Shown here: piece after piece, positions 41,997-52,678 of the stretch | Layout of the letters: every line of letters begins with the position of its first letter | How positions within the stretch are numbered: the stretch's first letter is position 1 | Origin: an uncultured delta proteobacterium | Lineage (GTDB): Bacteria; Myxococcota_A; Polyangia; Polyangiales; Polyangiaceae | Direction of reading: 5' to 3' | DNA length: 64,000 bases | NCBI GenBank assembly: GCA_963806225.1 | Contig: CAWDXG010000004.1 | Location: forward strand, 3,520,001-3,584,000 | Translations under genes and position numbers: made by a program | The notes under the pieces: model-generated | The model's input: the letters and a program-made list of their open reading frames with translations, nothing else | The model's database searches: none | What the model was told of the DNA's origin: nothing

Positions 41997-42875
41997 CTAG
42001 AGCCCGTAGTCGGCGCCGAGGCCCACGAAGAAGCCGCTGGTGCCGAAACCGGCGTCGAGCCTTGCCACGAAGTGTTTCGTGGGCTTGAAGCGGAACCCGG
42101 TCTGCAGCGCCAACCAGGGGAACAGGATCGGCTTGGAGCCGCCGTTCGCCCAGCTGGGCTCGCTGTAGTTGTTGTAGTGGTCGTTGTCGCTGCCGCAGTA
42201 GTTCGCGTCCGGATTGCCCGCGGAATTGCAGGGCTGGTACGTGCCGTTTGCGTCCTTGTACGCCTGCACGCGGTGCAGATCGCCGAACACGATACCGAAG
42301 CCGGCGCCGATGCCGTAGTTGAGCGCGAACTCGGGACTGAAGTCCGTGCTCCACAGGAAGTCCGCCTTCAGGTTGATCATCTTCAGGTTGCTGGTGACGA
42401 TCTCCCAGGCGTTCTCCGGGTCGGAGCTCGACTTGATGGGCGTCGGATCCATCTGGTACGAGGCGTAGGTCACCGAGAAGTCGTATTCGAAGCCATCCTT
42501 GCGGATGGCGAACTCGGGACCGAAATCGTGCACATACACGGTGCGCCCGCCGTCGGCGCCGAACATGTTGATCATGAACTTCGGCACGATGATCCCGCGG
42601 TAGCGCAGGCCCACGAAGCGATACACCTGACCCGGATGCTCGAGCGGCGAGTTGCCCTGCTCGGCGTCCTGGACAATGGCTTCCTTGTTGGTCGCCCCAC
42701 TCGCGTCTTCCGGAGGCGGCGCGTCCGCGGCGCCGGCTGCGTCCGTTGTTCCGGACTGCGAGTCGTCGGCCGGCGCGCCCGTGTCACCAGGCTCCTGGGC
42801 CTTCACGTTGGTCGTGGCAAAGACGGCGCAGGCGATCACCCCGGCGCCAAGCATCGAAAGAGAGCGAGCATGCAT
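41997..42875 (-). CDS. Putative outer-membrane beta-barrel protein
   Basis: GGAGG SD, signal peptide ending VKA-Q, acidic linker, amphipathic beta-strands, C-terminal FFVGLGADYGL. Confidence 0.7.
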   Translation of the reverse strand: MHARSLSMLGAGVIACAVFATTNVKAQEPGDTGAPADDSQSGTTDAAGAADAPPPEDASGATNKEAIVQDAEQGNSPLEHPGQVYRFVGLRYRGIIVPKFMINMFGADGGRTVYVHDFGPEFAIRKDGFEYDFSVTYASYQMDPTPIKSSSDPENAWEIVTSNLKMINLKADFLWSTDFSPEFALNYGIGAGFGIVFGDLHRVQAYKDANGTYQPCNSAGNPDANYCGSDNDHYNNYSEPSWANGGSKPILFPWLALQTGFRFKPTKHFVARLDAGFGTSGFFVGLGADYGL

Positions 42876-42937
42876 GTGCAGACCTCCAGTTGTCGTCCCG
42901 GACTGGCCGGAACGCCCCACGAGCGGCGGAGACAAGC

Positions 42938-42993
42938 TGTGCCAACCAGACGTGCCAGTCGGCGGCGCCGATTGTGCCACGCCAGTGTGCCAG
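42938..42993. promoter_or_regulatory. Two 21-bp units, each a GTGCCA direct-repeat pair (candidate regulator or enhancer sites)
   Basis: TGTGCCA-ACCAGAC-GTGCCAG (42938) and TGTGCCA-CGCCAGT-GTGCCAG (42973). Confidence 0.65.
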
Positions 42994-43032
42994 CTTGCAA
43001 AAGGCTAGCGATTCTGGGATATTTTGGCCAAA

Positions 43033-44148
43033 ATGATCCTCCACAGTCAGGTCGTCGAGCAGGCGATCGACAGCGACGAGCGGGGGCACTTCGTCAAGCA
43101 GCTGGTCCTGGCCCGGGGCGCCGAGCCTATTGCGATGGTGCGCAAGCGCCTGGCGCGGCTCCCCGAGAGCGGCACTACGACCTGGCGCGATCCAGACAGC
43201 GTGGCGGCGCCGACGCGCGCCACGCTGCTCTTGATCCACGGCTACGCGCAGAATCGACACGCTTTCCACCTGCCCTCGCGCAGCATGGTCAATTACCTGG
43301 CCCGGGCGGGGTTCGACGTTTTCAATATCGACCTCAGAGGCCGCGGGCGCAGCGCCCACCTCGGCGCCAAGCGGCCGCTCGGGGTGCTCGACTTCGTGCG
43401 CGAAGATGTCCCAGCGGCCCTGGACGAGATCCGGAAGATATCCGGGCCGCGGCCGGTGTACCTGGTGGGTCACTCGCTGGGCGGCGTCGTCAGCTACTGC
43501 GTGGCCGTGGAGCACCGCGAGCGGATAGCGGGCGTGATCACGCTGGGCTCGCCGTATCACTTCACGCTCGGCTCGCGCTGGCTGGCGGGGGCGAGCGTCG
43601 CGTTCGTGGCGCTGGATCGGCGCTTCCGGCTGCCGAACCTCCCGGTTCCGTCGAAGGCCTACGGTTCCTTCGTACGGGTCAGCAAGCGCTTCATCGACAG
43701 CCCGTTCTACCCGATCCCGGTGCGCGGCTTCCACCGCGGCAGCATGGAGCCCCAGGTGCTCGACGAGCACATGTCGCTGGCGATGGACCGCGGAAGCATC
43801 ACGACCATGCGCGCCATGTTCCGCTGGGCCACGCAGGTCAGGGGGCTCCGGGCCGGGCGGCGGGAAGCGCTGTTCGGCTACGGCTCGCGCTTCGAGGCGC
43901 TCGATCTGCCGCTGCTCGTCATCGCGGGCAAGTACGACGACCTCGCCGCACCGGCCTCGGTGAAGCCCGCCTACGACGCGTCACGCTCGCCCGACAAGAC
44001 CTACCGGAAGCTGCCCTTCGGCCACATCGACCTGCTCGTGGGGCGCGAGGCGCCACAGATAACGTGGCCGCTCATCGAGTCGTGGGTCTCGCGCCGCGCC
44101 GGCGCCCACACCGGTGACACCGAGCCGGACAGCGAAGAAGCAGCCTAG
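43033..44148 (+). CDS. Alpha/beta-fold hydrolase (lipase/PhaC-like fold, Ser nucleophile)
   Basis: LLIHG, DLRGRG, GHSLGG, AGKYDDLA, FGHIDLLVG. Confidence 0.88.
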   Translation: MILHSQVVEQAIDSDERGHFVKQLVLARGAEPIAMVRKRLARLPESGTTTWRDPDSVAAPTRATLLLIHGYAQNRHAFHLPSRSMVNYLARAGFDVFNIDLRGRGRSAHLGAKRPLGVLDFVREDVPAALDEIRKISGPRPVYLVGHSLGGVVSYCVAVEHRERIAGVITLGSPYHFTLGSRWLAGASVAFVALDRRFRLPNLPVPSKAYGSFVRVSKRFIDSPFYPIPVRGFHRGSMEPQVLDEHMSLAMDRGSITTMRAMFRWATQVRGLRAGRREALFGYGSRFEALDLPLLVIAGKYDDLAAPASVKPAYDASRSPDKTYRKLPFGHIDLLVGREAPQITWPLIESWVSRRAGAHTGDTEPDSEEAA

Positions 44149-44159
44149 CGCGTCCGCGC

Positions 44160-44432
44160 TCAGTGCTCGTCGAGCTTCTTCTTCAGACGGGCGACGTCGG
44201 CCTCGAGGTTCTTCACCTGGCGCTTGAGCGCCTTGAACTCCTCCAGGGTCGGTAGGCGCATGCCCTTGGCGAAGCGCTCGGTCTGCTCGGTGGTGAAGGT
44301 GTTGACCTTCCCGGGCACCTGCACGAGCGCCATCATGGCCTTCATGAACTGCTCGTTCTGCATCAACTTGGCGACGCGCGGGTCGCCCATCAGCTGCATG
44401 CCCTTCTTCTGGATATTGTCCTTGATGCCCAT
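44160..44432 (-). CDS. Small helical protein with a PhaE/phasin-like coiled-coil C-terminus
   Basis: MGIKDNIQKKGMQLMGDPRVAKLMQ...RLPTLEEFKALKRQVKNLEADVARL; GAGG SD. Confidence 0.75.
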   Translation of the reverse strand: MGIKDNIQKKGMQLMGDPRVAKLMQNEQFMKAMMALVQVPGKVNTFTTEQTERFAKGMRLPTLEEFKALKRQVKNLEADVARLKKKLDEH

Positions 44433-44521
44433 GTCCGCCTCGTGCTCGGGCGCAGCCCTCCGCTGCGCGCTCGAGGCTAGATAGCGCTCCCCGCCACGCG
44501 AGCGCAACATTCCCGACGGCC

Positions 44522-45259
44522 TCACTGGATCTGCACGGATACCGCCAGACGACGCCGGTCCATCATGCACTGGTCCGCCGAGCAGACCGACATGTACAGC
44601 GTGCCGGAAACCGTGGCGCGACCCGGCTGGCGGCCGGTAAAGGGCACACCCATGCTGCCGTGGGCGCCTCTGACGCTCATGCCCCGCGCCAGGCTGGACG
44701 GGTAGCTCACGCCCGGTCCCGGGGCGTCGAGCTTGAACTTGTAGGGGTACTTGTCGTTGCAGTGGAAGGGCGACTTCGCCACGAGCACGATGGTCGCCGT
44801 GGCGCTCTTTCCGACCATCACGGGCGAAGGCGCCTGGATCGAGACGCTGAAGTGCTCCGCGCCGACCGACGTGCCGCGCACGGTGTGCTGCTTGGGCGGC
44901 GGCGGCGCGCTCGGCGCCGCGGATGCGCTGGCCTTGGGTTCTTCGGGCTCGGGCTTCGTCGCGGTCGGCTTCGCGGACGCGCCGGTCGGCTGCGACGGCG
45001 CCGCCGACGGATGCTTCGACGGCGCGGTCGCCGACGGCTCGGGCGACTCGTTCGCGGACGCGCCGGACGACGCCGCCGGCGGGGTTTCGATGTCGCGAGG
45101 GTCCGGTGCGGCCGACGCGATGATGGCGCTCGGCAGAGCAGACGTCGAAGCGGCCGAAGCAGGATCCGTCGAGGTCGCCGGGCTCCTGTGACAACCGGGA
45201 AGCAGTATCGCCAGACATGCGCTGCCGACGGCAGCACCCAGGCTCGAACGTCGCATCAT
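44522..45259 (-). CDS. Lipoprotein with a Pro/Ala/Ser linker and an Ig-like (DsbD-N-like) C-terminal domain
   Basis: Lipobox LPGC; FHCNDKYPYKFKL...GTLYMSVCSADQC. Confidence 0.75.
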   Translation of the reverse strand: MMRRSSLGAAVGSACLAILLPGCHRSPATSTDPASAASTSALPSAIIASAAPDPRDIETPPAASSGASANESPEPSATAPSKHPSAAPSQPTGASAKPTATKPEPEEPKASASAAPSAPPPPKQHTVRGTSVGAEHFSVSIQAPSPVMVGKSATATIVLVAKSPFHCNDKYPYKFKLDAPGPGVSYPSSLARGMSVRGAHGSMGVPFTGRQPGRATVSGTLYMSVCSADQCMMDRRRLAVSVQIQ

Positions 45260-45535
45260 GCCTTCGAATATCGCGTGCGCAGCTTGCTGTCGATCGCGCC
45301 GGGGATCAGCTTCCCCGCGCCTGTCGGCGAAGGCCGCCCGCACCGGGTCGGGGCGACGGCCGGCAAGCCGTCAGCGCGCAGGAAGCGTTCCGCCACGGCC
45401 GGATGCTGCTTCGTGCCGGGAAAATCGCGTAGTTGCATCTGTGCGACGCTGTGTGCGGGTGTGCGCTGCGCGCAGCGTCACGAGCGCCCCGAAGCGGTCA
45501 TGGCGCCGCGCGGCCACAGTCGTTAGTATTGACTC

Positions 45536-46024
45536 ATGCCGTCGATGGGTGCCCGGCTGACGTTGTTCGTATGCGCGATAAGCGTGATGGGCACCCTTAC
45601 GCTTTCCGGCTGCACCAGCTACGTCAAGCGCGGCACCGCGCTCTACTCGGACGGTCGCTACGTGGAAGCGGCGGAAGTGTTCGAGCGCACCGAGTATCGT
45701 CTGCAGGGCGCCTCGCCGCGCGAGCGTGCCGACTACGGTCTGTACCGCGGCATGACGCTGCTGGTGCTCGGCGACCTGCACAATGCGCAGCGCTGGCTCG
45801 GGTACGCGTACGAAGTCGAACAGGCGCATCCGGGCTGTCTGCGCTCCGACAAGCGCGCCCTGCTCGATCGCGGCTGGTACCAGGTGGGGCAGCGTCTGCG
45901 CGCAGCGCCACCTCCGCCGATGCCCCCCGGCACGGCCATCGCCGCCAGCCAGCCTCCCCCCTCGCCAACGCCCGAAGCCCAGGGCCCCGACGCGACTCCA
46001 ATCGAGCGTCGCGGACTGCACTGA
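45536..46024 (+). CDS. TPR-like lipoprotein, paralogue of 19789-20298
   Basis: Lipobox LSGC; RGTALYSDGRY...YGLYRGMT..LG...RWL...HPG. Confidence 0.8.
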   Translation: MPSMGARLTLFVCAISVMGTLTLSGCTSYVKRGTALYSDGRYVEAAEVFERTEYRLQGASPRERADYGLYRGMTLLVLGDLHNAQRWLGYAYEVEQAHPGCLRSDKRALLDRGWYQVGQRLRAAPPPPMPPGTAIAASQPPPSPTPEAQGPDATPIERRGLH

Positions 46025-46027
46025 GCG

Positions 46028-46552
46028 CTAGGGCGCGACGCGTTCCGAACTGGCAGCGACGGAGGACGCGCGTCCACGCGGCAGCGTAAAAAGCAGCAGC
46101 GCGACGCCGAGGCAGACGTAGTCGTCGGCGAGGTTGTTGATGAACAGGACGTGTCCGCCGGCCGAGAAGCGCATGAAATCGGTGACGGGCCCGAACCGAA
46201 AGCGGTCGATCACGTTGCCCAGCGCACCGGCCAGGATCAGCACCCAGGACGCCCGCACCAGGGACGCTGCGCGACGCCAGCCGCGGAAAGCCGCCCACAG
46301 GACCGCCGCAGTGATCAGGAGCGGCACGACCAGGAGCAGCGGCTCGCGCAGGCGCGCCGGAAGGTCGGCCAGCGCACCGAGCGCCACGCCGCGGTTATGC
46401 ACGAGGGTCAGGTCGACAAGCGGCGGCACGAGCGGGACGGCCCGGCCGTGGCCGAGCAGCACCCGCGCTGCGAGCTTGCTCGCCTGGTCCAGCGCGAGAA
46501 GCGCCACGCCCAGGAAAAGCCACGCTGTTGCGCTTCTCGTCGTCTTGTTCAT
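46028..46552 (-). CDS. lspA: Lipoprotein signal peptidase II
   Basis: LDQASK, HNRGVALG, GALGNVIDR, VTDF, NLAD. Confidence 0.9.
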   Translation of the reverse strand: MNKTTRSATAWLFLGVALLALDQASKLAARVLLGHGRAVPLVPPLVDLTLVHNRGVALGALADLPARLREPLLLVVPLLITAAVLWAAFRGWRRAASLVRASWVLILAGALGNVIDRFRFGPVTDFMRFSAGGHVLFINNLADDYVCLGVALLLFTLPRGRASSVAASSERVAP

Positions 46553-47386
46553 CTAGCCCGACTGCGTGATGCTTCCGGCTTTCGTAACGTTGAAGTGGAA
46601 GCTCCTGTTCCCATTCGTCACGGTGACCTGGATGGTGGTGGCATCCACGCGCGAAAACGAAAGACCCAGGCTCTTTTCGAAGGGCGTGCCCAGCGTGTAG
46701 CTCCCCGCCTGCGGTACCGGATCGACCCAGCGCATCTGCACGCCGTCGATGGCCAGATCCCACTGCCCGCTCTGCCCCGTCCACGAGCGGCTGCCGTCGA
46801 CCTGGAAGCCCTCCGCAATGCCGGCCGACAGGGGCTTCTGCGTGCGGTCGCCGCTGCCGGTCGCGGTCAGGCCATCGGAAACGCGCGTCCACGTCGCGGT
46901 GTGAACGACGTGTCTCGTCTTGTCGGCGAGGCTCCAGGTGACCGTGGCGTCGCCGGTGACCGATACCTTGCCGTTGGACAGCCCGTCCCAGTGATGCTGG
47001 ACCTCCACGTCCCCGGAATCATTGCGGGCGATGGTCACGGAGGTCTTGCCGCTGAAGGTCTGGCCCCGGTAGGTGCAGTTGCCGGGATTCGCGCCGTACT
47101 CGATGGAGAGCGTCGCGTTCTGCAGCGTGATCGCCGCGCAGGGCAGCTGGGAAACGATGAAATCGCGGAGATTCTGGGCCGCGGTCTGGACGGCGTCGCC
47201 GATCGTGAAGTTGGTGGAGATTTCCACCTCGTTCTGGGTCAGCGCCTCGGCCTGCGACGCCACGCTGGCCTCGTCCAGAGCCTGCCGGGCCTGGCTGGCG
47301 GTCAGCGGCGATTTGTCCTTCGGGCATCCCCCGAGGGCCAGAGGGAGAGCCAGCACCGCGGTTCCGAGCAGTAGACGAGCGTTCAT
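46553..47386 (-). CDS. Beta-rich lipoprotein of unknown function
   Basis: GGAGG SD, ATG 47386, lipobox LGGC; stop abuts the lspA start. Confidence 0.85.
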   Translation of the reverse strand: MNARLLLGTAVLALPLALGGCPKDKSPLTASQARQALDEASVASQAEALTQNEVEISTNFTIGDAVQTAAQNLRDFIVSQLPCAAITLQNATLSIEYGANPGNCTYRGQTFSGKTSVTIARNDSGDVEVQHHWDGLSNGKVSVTGDATVTWSLADKTRHVVHTATWTRVSDGLTATGSGDRTQKPLSAGIAEGFQVDGSRSWTGQSGQWDLAIDGVQMRWVDPVPQAGSYTLGTPFEKSLGLSFSRVDATTIQVTVTNGNRSFHFNVTKAGSITQSG

Positions 47387-47411
47387 GAAAGCACCTCCAG
47401 CCAGCCAGGAT

Positions 47412-47428
47412 AGCACGGGGTGTGCCAG
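47412..47428 (-). promoter_or_regulatory. sigma54 (-24/-12) promoter for the lipoprotein-lspA operon
   Basis: CTGGCACA-CCCC-GTGCT: GG-N10-GC, close to TGGCACG-N4-TTGCW, 25 nt upstream of the ATG. Confidence 0.7.
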
Positions 47429-47521
47429 CCCCACGTGGACTCCGGACGCAGCCTTCCCACCGCCTGGCGCGCCCGGTCTCGATGCGGGGGCGCGCCGCGG
47501 AGGCGCCGCGATCTGGAGGCG

Positions 47522-49624
<2,103 letters not shown>

Positions 49625-49850
49625 AGCGTTCGTCCTCGAGCGGAGCGCTCGGCTCCGGCGTCGTCCGGGTTGGAGGATAGCAGACTCGGGGCCCTCTCTC
49701 CGGCCAATTGGCCGACGGCGGATTCACCCGCGTGGCGCTGCTCGGTGTCCCTGCCAGCGTGACTTCTGCGTGACCGGCCCCCGCCCCCGCGGGCTCCATC
49801 GTGGGGAACTGGTAGGATGCCCGCCCCGCCGACCGGCGCGCTCGCACACC

Positions 49851-52100
49851 GTGACGGAACCGACCCGAATTCCACCTCCCAACCTGCCCGCGTCCACTCC
49901 GGTGAGCGCGGCGGCACCGCGACCCGGCGCCCCGGCGCTCTTCATCAATCGCGAGCTGTCCTGGCTGGAGTTCAATGCTCGCGTGCTCGCCGAAGCGGCG
50001 GACGACAAGGTGCCGCTGTACGAGCGACTCAAGTTCCTCGGCATCTTCTGTAGCAATCTGGACGAGTTCTTCATGGTGCGCGCTGCCGGGCTGCAGGCGC
50101 AGATGTTCGGGGAAGTCGAGGAAGTACCGCCGGACGGTCTGATCCCGGAAGATCAGCTCACCGCCATCAGCAAGCGCGCCCACGAGCTGGTCGCCGAGCA
50201 CTACCGCATCTGGAACAAGGCGGTGCGCCCCGGCCTGCGCGAGGTGGGCGTAGCGTTGATCAGCCCCGAAGAGCTCGCCGACGCAGACCGCGTCGCACTC
50301 GACGAGCATTTCCGCCAGGATATCTTTCCGGTACTGACGCCGATCGCCATCGATCCGGTGCACCCATTCCCGCACGTCCGCAACAAGAGCATCAACGTCG
50401 GCGTCATTTTCGACAAGCGCGAGCATACCGCCGAGCCCTCCTTCGGCGTGGTGCAGGTACCGACCACGCTGCCGCGGCTCATCCGCGTACCGCTCGACGG
50501 CGCGCGGCGTGCGTTCGTCGCGCTGGAGGATCTGATCTTCCGCAACAAGGAGATGATCTTCCCGCAGATGCGGGTGCTGGGGCAGTACGCGTTCCGCGTC
50601 ACGCGCAACTTCGACATCGAGATCGACGACGACGAAGCGGAAGATCTGCTCATCTCGCTCCAGGCAGAGCTCAGGCGACGCGAGCGCGGGCACGCCGTGC
50701 GCATCGAGGTCAGCGGCAGCGCGCCCGACGACTCGATCACGTGGCTGTGCCGCGAGCTCGACCTGGAAGCGCCGCGCGACGTGTACCGCGTCGATGGCCC
50801 GCTCTACGTTGGCGACATGACCGGCCTCGTCTCGCACGACGAACGCCGGGATCTCAGGGACGAGCCCTTCGCGCCGCAGTACGTGCCGCCGCTCCGGGAC
50901 GCGGACGACTTCTTCGAGACGATCCGCGAGCGCGATGTGCTCCTGCACCACCCGTACGAATCGTTCGAGGCGGTGGTCGACTTCCTGTCGCAGGCCGCCG
51001 AGGACCCGCATGTGCTGGCCATCAAGCAGACGCTGTACCGCACGGGCGGCGAGTCGCCGATGGTGCGCGCGCTGCAGCGGGCGGCCGAGCTCGGCAAACA
51101 GGTAACGGCCCTGGTGGAGCTGAAAGCCCGCTTCGACGAGGAAAGCAACATCCAGTGGGCGCGCGCGCTGGAGCGTTCCGGCGTGAACGTGATGTACGGC
51201 CTGCTCGGCCTGAAGACCCACGCGAAGGTGCTGCTCGTAGTGCGCAAGGAGCGCGGAGGCCTGCGCCGGTACGTGCACCTCGCCACCGGCAACTACAACC
51301 AGCAGACGGCGAGGCTGTACGAGGACCTGTCGCTCTTCACCGCCCGCGAGGACATCGGCGAGGACGCCACGTCGCTCTTCAACCTGCTGACGGGCTACAG
51401 CGCGCCGGATCACTGGAACCACCTGATCGTCGCGCCGCTCGGGCTCCACGAAGCGGTACTCGGGCTCATCACGCGCGAGACGGAGCACGCACGCGCCGGA
51501 AGGCCCGCGGCCATCGTGGCCAAGATGAATTCCCTGGTGGACGCGGACGTGATCAGCGCCCTGTACTCGGCCGCGCAGGCAGGGGTCGAGATCGACCTGT
51601 TGATCCGCGGCATCTGCTGCCTCAGGCCGGGCGTGCCGGACGTGAGCGATCGCATCCGCGTACACGCGACAATCGACCGGTTCCTCGAGCATGCGCGCAT
51701 CTTCTATTTCAAGAACGGCGGTCAGGAAGAAGTGTTCTGCTCCAGCGCCGATTGGATGCCGCGCAACTTCCGGCGCCGCGTGGAGGTGATGTATCCGATC
51801 CTCGACAATACGCTCCAGCGCCGCGTGGTGGACGAGATCCTCGGCACCATGCAGAACGACAACCTCAAGGGCTGGCGTCTCCGGCCGGACGGCACCTACC
51901 AGCGCGTGAAGCCGACGGGCAGCGAGCCGCTACGCAGCCAGCAGCGCTTCATGGAGCTGGCGCGCGAGCGCGCCCGCGAGTCCGAATCGCTGCTGTCGCT
52001 CGGCTCGCGCCAGCTGCTCACCGCTCCGCAGACCCGCCCCAGCTTCGAGACCACGCGCCGCAAGGGGCGCAAGAAGCGACGGCGCGGGCGCGGAGACTGA
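49851..52100 (+). CDS. ppk1: Polyphosphate kinase 1
   Basis: NRELSWLEFN, SNLDEFFMVR, LLHHPYESF, KQTLYR, KARFDEESNI, DRFLEH, SSADWMPRN. Confidence 0.97.
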   Translation: MTEPTRIPPPNLPASTPVSAAAPRPGAPALFINRELSWLEFNARVLAEAADDKVPLYERLKFLGIFCSNLDEFFMVRAAGLQAQMFGEVEEVPPDGLIPEDQLTAISKRAHELVAEHYRIWNKAVRPGLREVGVALISPEELADADRVALDEHFRQDIFPVLTPIAIDPVHPFPHVRNKSINVGVIFDKREHTAEPSFGVVQVPTTLPRLIRVPLDGARRAFVALEDLIFRNKEMIFPQMRVLGQYAFRVTRNFDIEIDDDEAEDLLISLQAELRRRERGHAVRIEVSGSAPDDSITWLCRELDLEAPRDVYRVDGPLYVGDMTGLVSHDERRDLRDEPFAPQYVPPLRDADDFFETIRERDVLLHHPYESFEAVVDFLSQAAEDPHVLAIKQTLYRTGGESPMVRALQRAAELGKQVTALVELKARFDEESNIQWARALERSGVNVMYGLLGLKTHAKVLLVVRKERGGLRRYVHLATGNYNQQTARLYEDLSLFTAREDIGEDATSLFNLLTGYSAPDHWNHLIVAPLGLHEAVLGLITRETEHARAGRPAAIVAKMNSLVDADVISALYSAAQAGVEIDLLIRGICCLRPGVPDVSDRIRVHATIDRFLEHARIFYFKNGGQEEVFCSSADWMPRNFRRRVEVMYPILDNTLQRRVVDEILGTMQNDNLKGWRLRPDGTYQRVKPTGSEPLRSQQRFMELARERARESESLLSLGSRQLLTAPQTRPSFETTRRKGRKKRRRGRGD

Positions 52101-52107
52101 CGGCGCG

Positions 52108-52659
52108 CTACGGGTCCGTGGGGGTCAGGTCGATCGGGTTGTCCGGCGCACCGCGATGCAGACCGCCGTTGCCAACCCAGTAGATGTAGGCGGGAGCGGG
52201 AGCGCCATCCAGGTACACGTCGAAGCGAACGATCGAACCCGGATCCGTCTGGAAGAAGAACCCGTCGAAGTCGTTGTGCGTCGTCGCTACCATCTCCACG
52301 GCGTTCTGATCGTACCAGTCCACCCAGTCGCGCCCGTCGAGGCGATCCGGTTGGAAGGCCTGGAGCGTGTCACCGTCGCCGGTGGCGACGATGATGTCCC
52401 AGGTGCAGGAGGCCCCCGACACGGCCGTGTCGCAGGCGGTGTACAGATGCCAGTCGCCCCCGGCCTGGTACTCGATGAACGCACCGGCGCCTTGTCCGGG
52501 CTCGATGCCCGCCATGGTGGCGCCAGTGTCGATCGTCGACTGCGGAACAGTCTTCGTCTGACCGCCGCCGGCGTCATACGGCGCGGTGTTGCCGGAATAG
52601 GTGCAGCCGCCGAGCAGAGCTACGAACGGCGCGATCACGAGCAGGTTTCGAAGCTGCAT
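52108..52659 (-). CDS. Lipoprotein of unknown function
   Basis: GGAG SD, ATG 52659, lipobox LGGC; acidic, beta-rich. Confidence 0.8.
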   Translation of the reverse strand: MQLRNLLVIAPFVALLGGCTYSGNTAPYDAGGGQTKTVPQSTIDTGATMAGIEPGQGAGAFIEYQAGGDWHLYTACDTAVSGASCTWDIIVATGDGDTLQAFQPDRLDGRDWVDWYDQNAVEMVATTHNDFDGFFFQTDPGSIVRFDVYLDGAPAPAYIYWVGNGGLHRGAPDNPIDLTPTDP

Positions 52660-52678
52660 GGCTCTTGCTCCCGACCTT

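Noticed and set aside
43033..44148. PHA synthase PhaC
   Set aside because: The nucleophile box is GHSLG (Ser), not GxCxG.
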